Shown here piece after piece: positions 9,036-17,145 of a stretch of DNA of 61,797 nucleotides (its first letter is position 1; each line of letters opens with the position of its first letter). Origin of the DNA: a virus (taxonomy: Duplodnaviria; Caudoviricetes); IMG/VR virus record IMGVR_UViG_3300044627_004557, positions 1-61,797 of that record; one strand, 5' to 3'. The notes beneath the pieces are model-generated. The model saw nothing but the letters and a program-made list of their open reading frames with translations, had not been told where the DNA came from and did no database searches. A program made the position numbers and the translations under genes.

Positions 9036-9947
9036 TCAATACGGACGAGTGCAGGCGTAGAAATCAGAAATAACGGAAACTCGGTCCGAGCCAGGGGAGC
9101 CTTTCTTGTTCTCCTGAATTCGCTGAACTGATAAGTCCATCCAATAACCACCCAGTGGTTTGGGTTGCCTACCACGTTCCACGTGGAACCCTCCGACTCC
9201 CCCATCCCATTCCTCTTTGTAGGTCGCAGTCCTAAGTTGGTTCACATAGCGTTGCAGAATCAACTTGTTTCGAACGTCAAATCGATGCACCACGTTGACG
9301 TGGTGATACAACTCATGGACGTGCCCTTGCCAGGTGCAATCATAGCCTTCCACCATAGCGAGAATCCGCTGATCTGAAATTACTCCGCGTGTGACCTGGC
9401 CTCCGCCTGCACTCCCATGAAAATAATGCATAACGAAGCAAGTCGTCTTGGGCTTTGTCTGCGACCTGTACTGCATTGATACAGAGACAACACCGCCATA
9501 GCCACCCACCTGCATGTTGGAGCCGTAAACATGGTTGGACATGTCAACAAAGCGCCGAAGGATGTCGGTTTCTTGGTGCTTGATAATGCCGGTTTCGTGG
9601 TTCCCATAGCCAATCAAAGCTATGTTATGGACATACGGCGCAAACCACTCTACAGCCGTTTCCACGATGGAGTCCAGGTACCGGGCGTTGTTGTGCTCCG
9701 GACGGATGTCGTCCTTACTCCTGCGTGGATCTCCCTTCCCTTGCATGCAGCATAGCATATCTCCGTTGATAATGATGATGGCGCCTCTTTTGACGGCTTC
9801 GTCCAGGTGGTTCTTCAGCAAATCCCTATCGCAATGTGGGTTGTCCCAGTGCAGGTCAGAGATCAGGAGGAATTTCTCGGATGCGCCGACATTAATTGAG
9901 TGCACGTTTCTGCCGTGCCTTACGATGTCAATCTTTTTCTTTTCCAT
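9036..9947 (-). CDS. Calcineurin-like metallophosphoesterase
   Basis: SDLH, NGD, GNHE, HG and GHVH motifs in canonical order. Confidence 0.85.
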   Translation of the reverse strand: MEKKKIDIVRHGRNVHSINVGASEKFLLISDLHWDNPHCDRDLLKNHLDEAVKRGAIIIINGDMLCCMQGKGDPRRSKDDIRPEHNNARYLDSIVETAVEWFAPYVHNIALIGYGNHETGIIKHQETDILRRFVDMSNHVYGSNMQVGGYGGVVSVSMQYRSQTKPKTTCFVMHYFHGSAGGGQVTRGVISDQRILAMVEGYDCTWQGHVHELYHHVNVVHRFDVRNKLILQRYVNQLRTATYKEEWDGGVGGFHVERGRQPKPLGGYWMDLSVQRIQENKKGSPGSDRVSVISDFYACTRPY

Positions 9948-9949
9948 TT

Positions 9950-10327
9950 TTATTGGTTGAATTTGTCTGAATAAGGATCTATTTGTGATGACAATCTATG
10001 GGTCATGCTTTGCTCATACATATCGGATACATATGTATTGTTTGATAGGGATTGATTAAGTTTAATCCAGTGATTGACGATGACTCTGACACCTGCATAC
10101 GATGGCAAAATAACCGTGTCAAGAATCCCCTCAAGCCAAACATGATCGTTTATTCTGCATTCTTTTGCGAAATCAGTAGCCGGAACTCCGAAGACGGCCA
10201 CCTTGACATAATTTAGTTTGTTCTTTGATGTCACCCATGCCAACGTAAAAAACACACAGCCACTTTTTAGGGCAACTTGGTCCACAATGTTTCCTTTAAT
10301 GGAAACATGGTTTGTAAATATACTCAT
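9950..10327 (-). CDS. ssb: SSB-like OB-fold protein
   Basis: NHVSIKGNI..FTLA..YVKVAVFG..A..C...DHVWLEGIL fits an SSB core; no acidic tail. Confidence 0.65.
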   Translation of the reverse strand: MSIFTNHVSIKGNIVDQVALKSGCVFFTLAWVTSKNKLNYVKVAVFGVPATDFAKECRINDHVWLEGILDTVILPSYAGVRVIVNHWIKLNQSLSNNTYVSDMYEQSMTHRLSSQIDPYSDKFNQ

Positions 10328-10629
10328 CCGAATAGACCTTTATCTTCTTTGGTAGCCGGCTGTTCGCCGTGATACAAATGTATTGGTTTGTCCTTGCCAA
10401 CACTAGCGCAAAACCAATTAACCCAATCCTCGTATTGAGGAAGATGCTTATACCAAGATAGGTATTTGGGAGTCTTTTTGTGAACGCGATAATACCCTAA
10501 AACCATATCCTTAAATTGATCAGGAATGAGCATAATAATGAACTTTTCAGAAGAGTAAATCTTCTTCTTAGGCAAATTCTTGTTGGGATCCCCAACATCT
10601 ATGTACATATTGTAATGCTGATTGCTCAT
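10324..10629 (-). CDS. Hypothetical protein
   Basis: ORF with 4-nt overlaps on both sides. Confidence 0.6.
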   Translation of the reverse strand: MSNQHYNMYIDVGDPNKNLPKKKIYSSEKFIIMLIPDQFKDMVLGYYRVHKKTPKYLSWYKHLPQYEDWVNWFCASVGKDKPIHLYHGEQPATKEDKGLFG

Positions 10630-11216
10630 TGATTTGGTTTTTTTCTATTTGACTTTTTCTTGACATAATCTATGCCGTAACTCTTTGCTCTACTCATAAG
10701 TTTATCTCTGAGTATTCCCCTCGCCCTAAAAAGCCTTGACTTAATCGTCCCCTCCGGTATTGACTTAAATTCTGCAACCTCACGGTAATTGTAACCGTAT
10801 ATGTCAATGAGTATCACGATGTTTTTGTACTCAAGATCCAAAGACTCAATGGCTACAACAAGTTCTTCACTTAACCCGCTATGATCTTCCGGGCTAGTGT
10901 TTGTGAATAGGTCCGTTTCTTCTGAGGCGAAGGCATCAATGGATGAGTCGCTGATATCATCAATTAATGTTTCTGAATTTTTTGACTTTTTTCTGTAATT
11001 GTTTATGAACGTGTTCTTGGTTATTCTAACCAGCCACCCTTTCATATTGGTTCCACCAACAAAACTATCATGAAAGCGCATTGCTTTGATGAAGACATCT
11101 TGCCTCAAGTCGTCTGCATCAGATCGATCAGGACAAAGCCTAAGACAGCAATTCAAGAGGAATTGGGAATGACTAACCAATTCATCAAGAAATTGCTGAC
11201 TAGGCGCTTTATCCAT
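10626..11216 (-). CDS. ECF (sigma-70 group 4) RNA polymerase sigma factor
   Basis: Region 2 DADDLRQDVFIKA..F..GTNMKGWLVRITKNTFINNYRK; region 4 YGYNYREVAEFKSIPEGTIKSRLFRAR. Confidence 0.92.
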   Translation of the reverse strand: MDKAPSQQFLDELVSHSQFLLNCCLRLCPDRSDADDLRQDVFIKAMRFHDSFVGGTNMKGWLVRITKNTFINNYRKKSKNSETLIDDISDSSIDAFASEETDLFTNTSPEDHSGLSEELVVAIESLDLEYKNIVILIDIYGYNYREVAEFKSIPEGTIKSRLFRARGILRDKLMSRAKSYGIDYVKKKSNRKKPNQ

Positions 11217-11224
11217 TGTGGTCT

Positions 11225-12025
11225 TTAGGCGTTTGAGGGATTAGGGATTGAAAAGCGGCTCATCAATTCATCAATAATTTGTGAGGCCCTTGTCTTGGTT
11301 ATTCCTCCCTTAATCTCTTTGATTACATTCAACTTATCGTCCGAAGATGGCATAACTTTTACGAGATCTCTAAGCGTATTTATCTGATCCGGTGTAGCTA
11401 TGCCGTCATCCTTCTTCGTTACGATATTAGACGATTTCGCTGTAGCAACTGCTTTGGATGGGGCTTTATTTGAGCCCACATCCCCAGAAGGCTTACCGCT
11501 CTGAAATCGTACCTCGCCATCCTGATCCTTGGCGACGAGGTTGGAAATCTTTTGGTTGGCATCACGCTCAATGGCCCAAGTCCAATCACGCAACTTTAGG
11601 TTGTAAGTCTGTTGAGCACGGCCATCGGCCCGGACCTCAAACTCATTTGGCTTCAGTTTGACTTGGATTAAAGGGAAGTCGTAGAGCTCACGACCAATAC
11701 CCCAAGCGAATCCGGCTCTCTTCTGAGCGTCTGATGCTTGGCCTTTCTCCTTCTCGGTATTGCTTTCTACGCCCACATCCCACTTCCATACCCACTGCTG
11801 AAGAGCTATCACATAGACACCAATGCCGCAGTACAGGTTGCCATCAATGACCTTGTAGTCCTTCTGCCATAGCCCAACACCGGCGACTTCGTCTAGGATA
11901 CGCATATCGTATCGAGCATCCTTGTAGGCCAAGATGGTGGCGTATCCGCCCTTGTTGATGGATTGAACCCGGAAGTCAATGTCTTGAGCGTTCACGGGTT
12001 GGTTGAGGTTGGTTAAGTTTTGCAT
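11225..12025 (-). CDS. Rad52/Sak-like single-strand annealing protein
   Basis: LAYKDARYDMRILDEV..WQKDY, WVWKWDVGVES..EKGQASDAQKRAGFAWGIGRELY. Confidence 0.8.
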   Translation of the reverse strand: MQNLTNLNQPVNAQDIDFRVQSINKGGYATILAYKDARYDMRILDEVAGVGLWQKDYKVIDGNLYCGIGVYVIALQQWVWKWDVGVESNTEKEKGQASDAQKRAGFAWGIGRELYDFPLIQVKLKPNEFEVRADGRAQQTYNLKLRDWTWAIERDANQKISNLVAKDQDGEVRFQSGKPSGDVGSNKAPSKAVATAKSSNIVTKKDDGIATPDQINTLRDLVKVMPSSDDKLNVIKEIKGGITKTRASQIIDELMSRFSIPNPSNA

Positions 12026-12066
12026 GGTTTTTTGGTTTAGTTTTACAAATGTAATGATGTTTTCGG

Positions 12067-12294
12067 TTAATTGGTTAATATTTCCAAGGAAATTCCCACA
12101 AGCTTGTAGCGCAGTTCCTCCTTGGGGCCATCGGTGGACTCCACTTTTAGATTTGATATAGCGTTTTCTATGGTGGCCCTATCCACGGAGAACGGAAGCA
12201 GCATCGGTATGGGGGATATCATTAGTTGACCGGTGCCAATTCCAATCCAACTCTCTCCATCCTCGGTCATAAGGGCTTGGTAGTGCTTTTTCAT
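12067..12294 (-). CDS. Hypothetical protein
   Basis: The ATG at 12294 overlaps the stop of the upstream gene. Confidence 0.5.
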   Translation of the reverse strand: MKKHYQALMTEDGESWIGIGTGQLMISPIPMLLPFSVDRATIENAISNLKVESTDGPKEELRYKLVGISLEILTN

Positions 12295-12965
12295 TGCGGT
12301 TGATTTATGAATGGGTTGTCGGACCACTTATCCAACTGGTCTGGACCAATGATGTTTAAAGTCTCTTCCCTATTGTTAAAAAACACCTTGTACTCAAAGA
12401 AGGTGTTTTGGTGCTTTATAGCAGGAGCATCCAAGGGCGTTTCCCTTTTCTTTAGGACACCAACACCCTCGTCAATACTCAAAGTGCAAGCGTCAATGTC
12501 AAGTCTATTAGCCCTAGCGTGATAAAAAGCCTTCCATACAGTTCCATTCCAATTCTGCCCCCAATAGTCCTCAACAAGTCTCGCAATATTGTTTTCAAAA
12601 AGGAAAGGGTCGCAATCGTGCATCACCACAAAACCTACTGGAGCCAAATGTTCCAATGAGTTGTTGATGTCGCGATACACTTGTTCTGCTAAGTGAAGGC
12701 CATCAATAAAGATGACATCCCACTCGTAGTGAGCAGGAAGCTTGAGCTTCTTCCGATTTAGTGAAGAGAAAAAGTCATCCGATGTCATTTTGAATTCGGC
12801 CATATTTACTTGGGCCTCTAGGCCAGGATCAACGGAGTGTTTTGTTTGACATTTAATTCTGTCAAAACAATCCTCAACATTCCTTACGCCTATCTCTAAG
12901 TATTTTTTGAATCCAAACTTTTGAATCAAAAAATTAATCGTGTCTATTCTGCTTTTTATTTCCAT
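12291..12965 (-). CDS. Class I SAM-dependent methyltransferase (Methyltransf_24-like, often sugar-associated)
   Basis: YLEIGV, SVDP, MTSDDFF, DVIFIDGLHLAEQVYRDI..L...GFVVMHDC. Confidence 0.8.
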   Translation of the reverse strand: MEIKSRIDTINFLIQKFGFKKYLEIGVRNVEDCFDRIKCQTKHSVDPGLEAQVNMAEFKMTSDDFFSSLNRKKLKLPAHYEWDVIFIDGLHLAEQVYRDINNSLEHLAPVGFVVMHDCDPFLFENNIARLVEDYWGQNWNGTVWKAFYHARANRLDIDACTLSIDEGVGVLKKRETPLDAPAIKHQNTFFEYKVFFNNREETLNIIGPDQLDKWSDNPFINQPQ

Positions 12966-13795
12966 TTGTTTTCAAGTATTATCATTCCGTTTTCGTCCAT
13001 TTGCTGTCCAGGTATTTGGTAACCGTTGTAGATTTCCCCGGCCTTAATCCTCTTGATGTTCTGAAGCCCCAATTGGTAGAGCTCTCTGCCAGACTCAATG
13101 AGGTGATCAGGAACCCGGTAGAACTCATGGTTGAATGGCGGTGTATTGGAAACCGCTAAGATACACGAAGCCTCAATTGGTATGCCGTACTTATGCATGA
13201 TGTCTACCGCAACAGCCCTTTGGATATGGTATTTGTACTTCAGGAACTCGTACCAAAATCCCTTCGGGTCAGCGGCCTTGGTGCTCTTTACGTCAACATC
13301 CATCACCCCAAAATAAGCATCCGGCCTGCACTTTACGGCAATGCCTTCAAAGAAGTTGTCGTCGTAAAAGGAAACCTCTTTGTAAGCCGGCGCCACAAAG
13401 TCCGTGAACCGGTTATCGTAGATGAGCCTCTCTCCAACGATTTGGATGGCATTCCAGTCATCCTCCTCAAGGAGTAACTTACCGGCATGGAGCTCAACCA
13501 AGGCTAATTTCTTGTCCTTGTTGACCTTGACAACCCAGGAGGAAGACGGATCCTCCTTGTCGGAATCGCTCAGGCACCAATAGGTGTTGTCAAACTTCTC
13601 CGGCTCAAGTATAGCCATGTGGAGCGCTGTACCAAAGCTTTGAGCCTTGGTGTTGCCCTTGTTGGCCTTCTTGAACCATACATAGTCGTTGTCTGACTCA
13701 ATGGCCAGCTTGATGGTTGACGCACTTTCGTAGTGCGTCTTTGACAGGTACTCCTCATGGGAGTCCTGTATTCGGGTTATTTGGTTCTTTTTCAT
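12956..13795 (-). CDS. PD-(D/E)XK exonuclease (RecE/ExoVIII, DUF3799-like)
   Basis: SAS.IK, FGTALHMAILEPEKF, EVSF, KCRPD..DVKST, YKYHIQ. Confidence 0.85.
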   Translation of the reverse strand: MKKNQITRIQDSHEEYLSKTHYESASTIKLAIESDNDYVWFKKANKGNTKAQSFGTALHMAILEPEKFDNTYWCLSDSDKEDPSSSWVVKVNKDKKLALVELHAGKLLLEEDDWNAIQIVGERLIYDNRFTDFVAPAYKEVSFYDDNFFEGIAVKCRPDAYFGVMDVDVKSTKAADPKGFWYEFLKYKYHIQRAVAVDIMHKYGIPIEASCILAVSNTPPFNHEFYRVPDHLIESGRELYQLGLQNIKRIKAGEIYNGYQIPGQQMDENGMIILENKWK

Positions 13796-13820
13796 TTTGA
13801 TTCAAATATAAAGCCAATTC

Positions 13821-14135
13821 CTAAGAATCGGACTTTTTAACAAAAATACCGTTCACGGTGCTTCCTGTTCGACTCATGATTTCCTCATAGGCCGTTTCAA
13901 GCGCTTTAACGATGTCTACTTCGCGTTGCTCTGCCAGGATAATTAGCGTTACCAGGACGTCTCCAAAGCCATCGTATTCAGCCAGGCGATTGGACTTTAG
14001 GATAGCTGATCCGAGCTCTCCGAGTTCTTCTACGACCTTGATGAACTGCACCGAGTGGTTGGACATCTTCAGGAGGTTCCTGTTCACTGCCCATTGGAGT
14101 ACTTGTTCTTTTAGTTGTTCAAATGTTTGGTTCAT
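13821..14135 (-). CDS. MazG-like NTP pyrophosphohydrolase
   Basis: QFIKVVEELGEL..DGFGDVLVTLIILA..AYEEI..RTG..VNGIFVK. Confidence 0.85.
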   Translation of the reverse strand: MNQTFEQLKEQVLQWAVNRNLLKMSNHSVQFIKVVEELGELGSAILKSNRLAEYDGFGDVLVTLIILAEQREVDIVKALETAYEEIMSRTGSTVNGIFVKKSDS

Positions 14136-14228
14136 TGTTTTTTGTTTTGGGGTTTGGTTGGTAAGGTTATAGGCTGACGCTGGGGGACTTTCGGTAAGAC
14201 CAGAGGCTGACGATTTGTGTGGGCGAAC

Positions 14229-14256
14229 TTCACAAATAAACGAGCTATCGGCAACC
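14229..14256. repeat. 28-nt gene-3'-flank element, copy A (copies B 15106-15133, C 15410-15437)
   Basis: ttcacaaataaacgagctatcggcaacc / ttcacgaatgagcgagttagtggcaagc / tttacaaataagcgagttacctgcaagc. Confidence 0.75.
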
Positions 14257-14264
14257 CTAAGCGA

Positions 14265-14483
14265 CTACCCTAATTTTGACGGTGGAGTAGTTGTTATCTT
14301 CATATACTTTCTAAGTATGTATTGTAGCTTACTCATTGAGGTTGATAACCCTTCTATTTTTGGCGGAGCGACATCCCTCATATCTGTTCCATCTTCAATT
14401 ACACTTTCTGCTTCTGCACAATCCCAGCAAGCACCTAATCTTAAATCTTGCGTTCTACCGCAGCAAATACATTGTCCTGTCAT
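14265..14483 (-). CDS. Small Cys-rich hypothetical protein
   Basis: CICCG..LRLGACWDC, a possible Zn ribbon. Confidence 0.6.
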   Translation of the reverse strand: MTGQCICCGRTQDLRLGACWDCAEAESVIEDGTDMRDVAPPKIEGLSTSMSKLQYILRKYMKITTTPPSKLG

Positions 14484-14537
14484 TTTGTTTTTATTTTAAA
14501 TTGTTAATAATATTAATTCCGAAAGAAGGGCTGACGA

Positions 14538-14635
14538 TTATACCCGATTGCGTATAGTTTTTGCGTTTTTCTATACATTATACCCGAACGCGTATAAATT
14601 TTGGGATTTTCTATACATTATACCCGATTGGGTAT
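14538..14635. repeat. 40-bp tandem repeat, about 2.5 copies
   Basis: ttatacccga.....gtata.....ttttctataca starts at 14538, 14578 and 14618. Confidence 0.85.
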
Positions 14636-14829
14636 TAAACGTGGGTTCGTGTTTCCGAATCCCAAATGGCACTCCATTTAAAGTCCTCCCAATCAGATTT
14701 CCACTTTTCTTTGATTTTTGCTTCAAAACATCTGGCCTCTTCCAAGGTGTCGAAGTCCTCCTGAAAATCATTCATCCCTCCTTCAGGATAATAGGCATCA
14801 CCTGCAAATACTAAGAATCGTTTCATCAT
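14635..14829 (-). CDS. Small hypothetical phage protein
   Basis: RFLVFAGDAYYPEGGMNDF; overlap-coupled to the upstream gene. Confidence 0.65.
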   Translation of the reverse strand: MMKRFLVFAGDAYYPEGGMNDFQEDFDTLEEARCFEAKIKEKWKSDWEDFKWSAIWDSETRTHV

Positions 14830-15077
14830 TGCATATCATTTGTGTTTGTAGCCAACAAACGATTTCTTTCTCCATTTAACCAATCTTTAGGCGACATACC
14901 ACTATTGGTAAATTCTTTTGAATTAAGCATATCCAATGCTATTTCAAGTGCGTGTAATTGATACTTTTTATCAGCAATCAATCCATCTAAATATTCATAA
15001 AAAGCCATTTGAGCCTCATATTCTGCTTCTGCTTGTGCAGCGCATCCTGCTTCGGATTCCCATTGTTCTTGTGTCAT
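14826..15077 (-). CDS. Hypothetical protein
   Basis: Start lies within the 29-bp leader repeat. Confidence 0.6.
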   Translation of the reverse strand: MTQEQWESEAGCAAQAEAEYEAQMAFYEYLDGLIADKKYQLHALEIALDMLNSKEFTNSGMSPKDWLNGERNRLLATNTNDMQ

Positions 15078-15100
15078 TTTATTTAGGTTTTAAGGTTTGG
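15072..15100. repeat. Exact 29-bp leader/start-codon repeat (second copy 15645-15673)
   Basis: tgtcattttatttaggttttaaggtttgg is identical at both sites; minus strand reads CCAAACCTTAAAACCTAAATAAAATGACA. Confidence 0.9.
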
Positions 15101-15121
15101 TTGGGTTCACGAATGAGCGAG

Positions 15122-15373
15122 TTAGTGGCAAGCACTAACTCTGTTTTTCAATTCAGCCTTGTAGTCGTAAAAATTAAGTTGTCTTTTTGCGTCTTCGCCA
15201 TAATAAGTCTCTTGGTCATACCACATATCTTCTGCACACGAGCCACCACCCATTCTTACGGTTAACCCTTCTTTGGCTTTACGTTCAATCCACTTAAGGA
15301 TATTTTCCAAGTGACCAGTTTCTAAATCAGACAACTTGATTTTTTTGCCGTCTTTTGTCTTATGAAATTTCAT
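15122..15373 (-). CDS. Hypothetical protein
   Basis: HKTKDGKKIKLSDLETGHLENILKWIER; its stop lies inside the 28-nt element. Confidence 0.65.
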   Translation of the reverse strand: MKFHKTKDGKKIKLSDLETGHLENILKWIERKAKEGLTVRMGGGSCAEDMWYDQETYYGEDAKRQLNFYDYKAELKNRVSACH

Positions 15374-15437
15374 TTTACTTTAGTTTCATAGGTTTAAGGT
15401 TTGGTTGGTTTTACAAATAAGCGAGTTACCTGCAAGC

Positions 15438-15650
15438 CTATGACATCTGCTCCGTTAAAACCTCTTTCAACTTTGCAAAATTTTCATTTGAGCAGTTGAC
15501 AATAAACAATTCAAGCATAGACATTGGGTCTGTAAAACTGTCTTGTTCAAAAATTTCGCCCATTGCAGTATCAGCATTGGCACAGTTTAAATCTTCAGGC
15601 GTATATCCAAACACCTGTAAAATTTTGCATTTTGTTTCTTCTGTTGTCAT
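15438..15650 (-). CDS. Hypothetical protein
   Basis: Bounded by the 29-bp leader repeat and the 28-nt element. Confidence 0.6.
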   Translation of the reverse strand: MTTEETKCKILQVFGYTPEDLNCANADTAMGEIFEQDSFTDPMSMLELFIVNCSNENFAKLKEVLTEQMS

Positions 15651-15651
15651 T

Positions 15652-15849
15652 TTATTTAGGTTTTAAGGTTTGGAATAACTGATACCTCCCACACGAATCG
15701 GTCAGGGTCTTGATCTGTGGCCCGAATCCGTTTGAACGGGATAGGACATACTCGCAGGAATCACCCTTGGCCCGGACCTCAATCACCTTCCAAGGGCGGT
15801 CGTTGGTGCAGGCGGTCAGGAGGAGCATTAGGAGCGATAGGTATCTCAT
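15652..15849 (-). CDS. Small lipoprotein
   Basis: MRYLSLLMLLLTA-C signal peptide II/lipobox; the ATG at 15849 overlaps the upstream stop. Confidence 0.65.
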   Translation of the reverse strand: MRYLSLLMLLLTACTNDRPWKVIEVRAKGDSCEYVLSRSNGFGPQIKTLTDSCGRYQLFQTLKPK

Positions 15850-15947
15850 AGTGTCCAAATTAATGTAAGCATGATCAAGATAAAGATGGCTGCAGCAATT
15901 CCCTTGCCGATTTCAATGAGCAGGTCAATGATGTTTCCGGTGTTCAT
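15846..15947 (-). CDS. 33-aa membrane peptide (absent from ORF track)
   Basis: MNTGNIIDLLIEIGKGIAAAIFILIMLTLIWTL*, with ATGA overlap to the lipoprotein gene. Confidence 0.5.
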   Translation of the reverse strand: MNTGNIIDLLIEIGKGIAAAIFILIMLTLIWTL

Positions 15948-15969
15948 CTTGTTTCATTTGATTTGATTT

Positions 15970-16068
15970 GCAGCCAGGAAGGGAATTGGTCTAGCAAGAG
16001 AGTAGGCTATGCGCACTTGCCGTTTGAAGGACATCTCTTGAACTTTACCAATTCCGCCACCTGACTGC
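15970..16068 (-). ncRNA. tRNA-like / rod-shaped structured RNA candidate
   Basis: 5' end GCAGTCAGGTGGCGGAATTGGTA resembles a class II tRNA acceptor/D arm. Nested stems GCAGTCAGG/CCTGGCTGC, GGAATTGGT/ACCAATTCC and CAAGAGA/TCTCTTG. No GTTCGA T-loop. Confidence 0.55.
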
Positions 16069-16072
16069 TTTG

Positions 16073-16213
16073 TTATTTTATTAAAGGTTGGATCATCCAA
16101 GCCAAAGCAACTATTAACGTAATTAAAAGCAAACCAATATACGACATAATTGCAAGGTAGTATAGGGGGTCAGTCCAAAAATCATGCCAAATTGTTTTTA
16201 ACTTATTTTTCAT
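16073..16213 (-). CDS. Small membrane protein
   Basis: From the ATG at 16213: MKNKLKTIWHDFW followed by one TM helix. Confidence 0.5.
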   Translation of the reverse strand: MKNKLKTIWHDFWTDPLYYLAIMSYIGLLLITLIVALAWMIQPLIK

Positions 16214-16291
16214 TTGTTTTGTTTTTAGTTGACAATGAATGTGTAAATATAAAGCATTGACAGCCAACATTGTATGCTTTTTAAAAAAAAA

Positions 16292-16612
16292 TTATTCCTC
16301 CGGATTTAGACCAATGAACAGTTCATCCCTATACCCTTTCTCTTCTTCTATGTCAAGAATTGACATTCTATTGGACTTGAACGACTCTTTGTAGTATTCC
16401 GGATTGGGAACTGAAGCCTTCATGCCGGCCTCAAAGGCCGCATGAATGGCCCTAGACTCTCTGTTCAATAAGATCTGAGCCTTCTTAATGAACGAATCCT
16501 TCATGCTCTTGGTCGGGAAGTCCTCAGACCAATGGTGAATAAACAACAGCATCTCGTACATAGGGCTCGTGCCAGGCGTGTTGAACATAACGTTGTTTTC
16601 TATCTTTTCCAT
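16292..16612 (-). CDS. Hypothetical protein
   Basis: ORF with a TATATTTG -7 element 5 nt upstream. Confidence 0.6.
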   Translation of the reverse strand: MEKIENNVMFNTPGTSPMYEMLLFIHHWSEDFPTKSMKDSFIKKAQILLNRESRAIHAAFEAGMKASVPNPEYYKESFKSNRMSILDIEEEKGYRDELFIGLNPEE

Positions 16613-16650
16613 GTTGCAAATATAGTTGTCATCAAGTTGAATCCGCCCCC

Positions 16651-16926
16651 TTATTGGTTTAGAATTTTAAATTGAATGCCATCAACCACGTATCTCCGGA
16701 GGCGGATCACGAAACCAATAAAGGGGTTCCGAAGGCGTTTGCTGAGGGACTTAATTTGCCTGATCCAAGCACTGGGGTGGTGCAAGTTTGGCTGTTTTTG
16801 GCAATCAGACACAGCAGAACTGAAATCTCCTATATTTTCTGCAAATCTATAACCGTGTTTTTCGTTTTTGTACACCATATTTCCCGAGTAAGGCTTAAAA
16901 AATCTTTTTATACACAATATTGGCAT
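16651..16926 (-). CDS. Hypothetical protein
   Basis: ORF in operon orientation; start uncertain. Confidence 0.4.
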   Translation of the reverse strand: MPILCIKRFFKPYSGNMVYKNEKHGYRFAENIGDFSSAVSDCQKQPNLHHPSAWIRQIKSLSKRLRNPFIGFVIRLRRYVVDGIQFKILNQ

Positions 16927-17125
16927 ACTTAAAATTGGGTGTTTTTATCCCAACATCCGCACAAACGGACTTTATGTATGGTTTTCCGTCCTTGTATTTG
17001 TGAATAACTTTTGTCTCCATCTGTCCGTCTACGAAGTCGGTTTTAATAAGTGGAGAGCACGAACATTTGCAAATTGAGTGGTTTTCGCTTATGTCATCAA
17101 GGGGGATCATATGAACTATTCGCAT
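16895..17125 (-). CDS. Small Cys/His protein
   Basis: HMIPLDD..H..CKCSCSP....VIH pattern, a possible metal site. Confidence 0.5.
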   Translation of the reverse strand: MRIVHMIPLDDISENHSICKCSCSPLIKTDFVDGQMETKVIHKYKDGKPYIKSVCADVGIKTPNFKYANIVYKKIF

Positions 17126-17137
17126 CTAGGGGAGTTA
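17113..17137 (+). promoter_or_regulatory. Putative ECF-sigma promoter GAAC-N17-GTTA
   Basis: gaac tattcgcatctagggga gtta, 8 nt upstream of the ATG at 17146. Confidence 0.55.
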
Positions 17138-17145
17138 ATTGGTTT

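Noticed and set aside
14538-14635. Mini CRISPR array
   Set aside because: Only 2.5 units, the inter-repeat segments resemble each other, and there are no cas genes; it is a tandem repeat.
15970-16068. Functional tRNA gene
   Set aside because: No GTTCRA T-loop and no clear 7-nt anticodon loop; kept only as a tRNA-like RNA.
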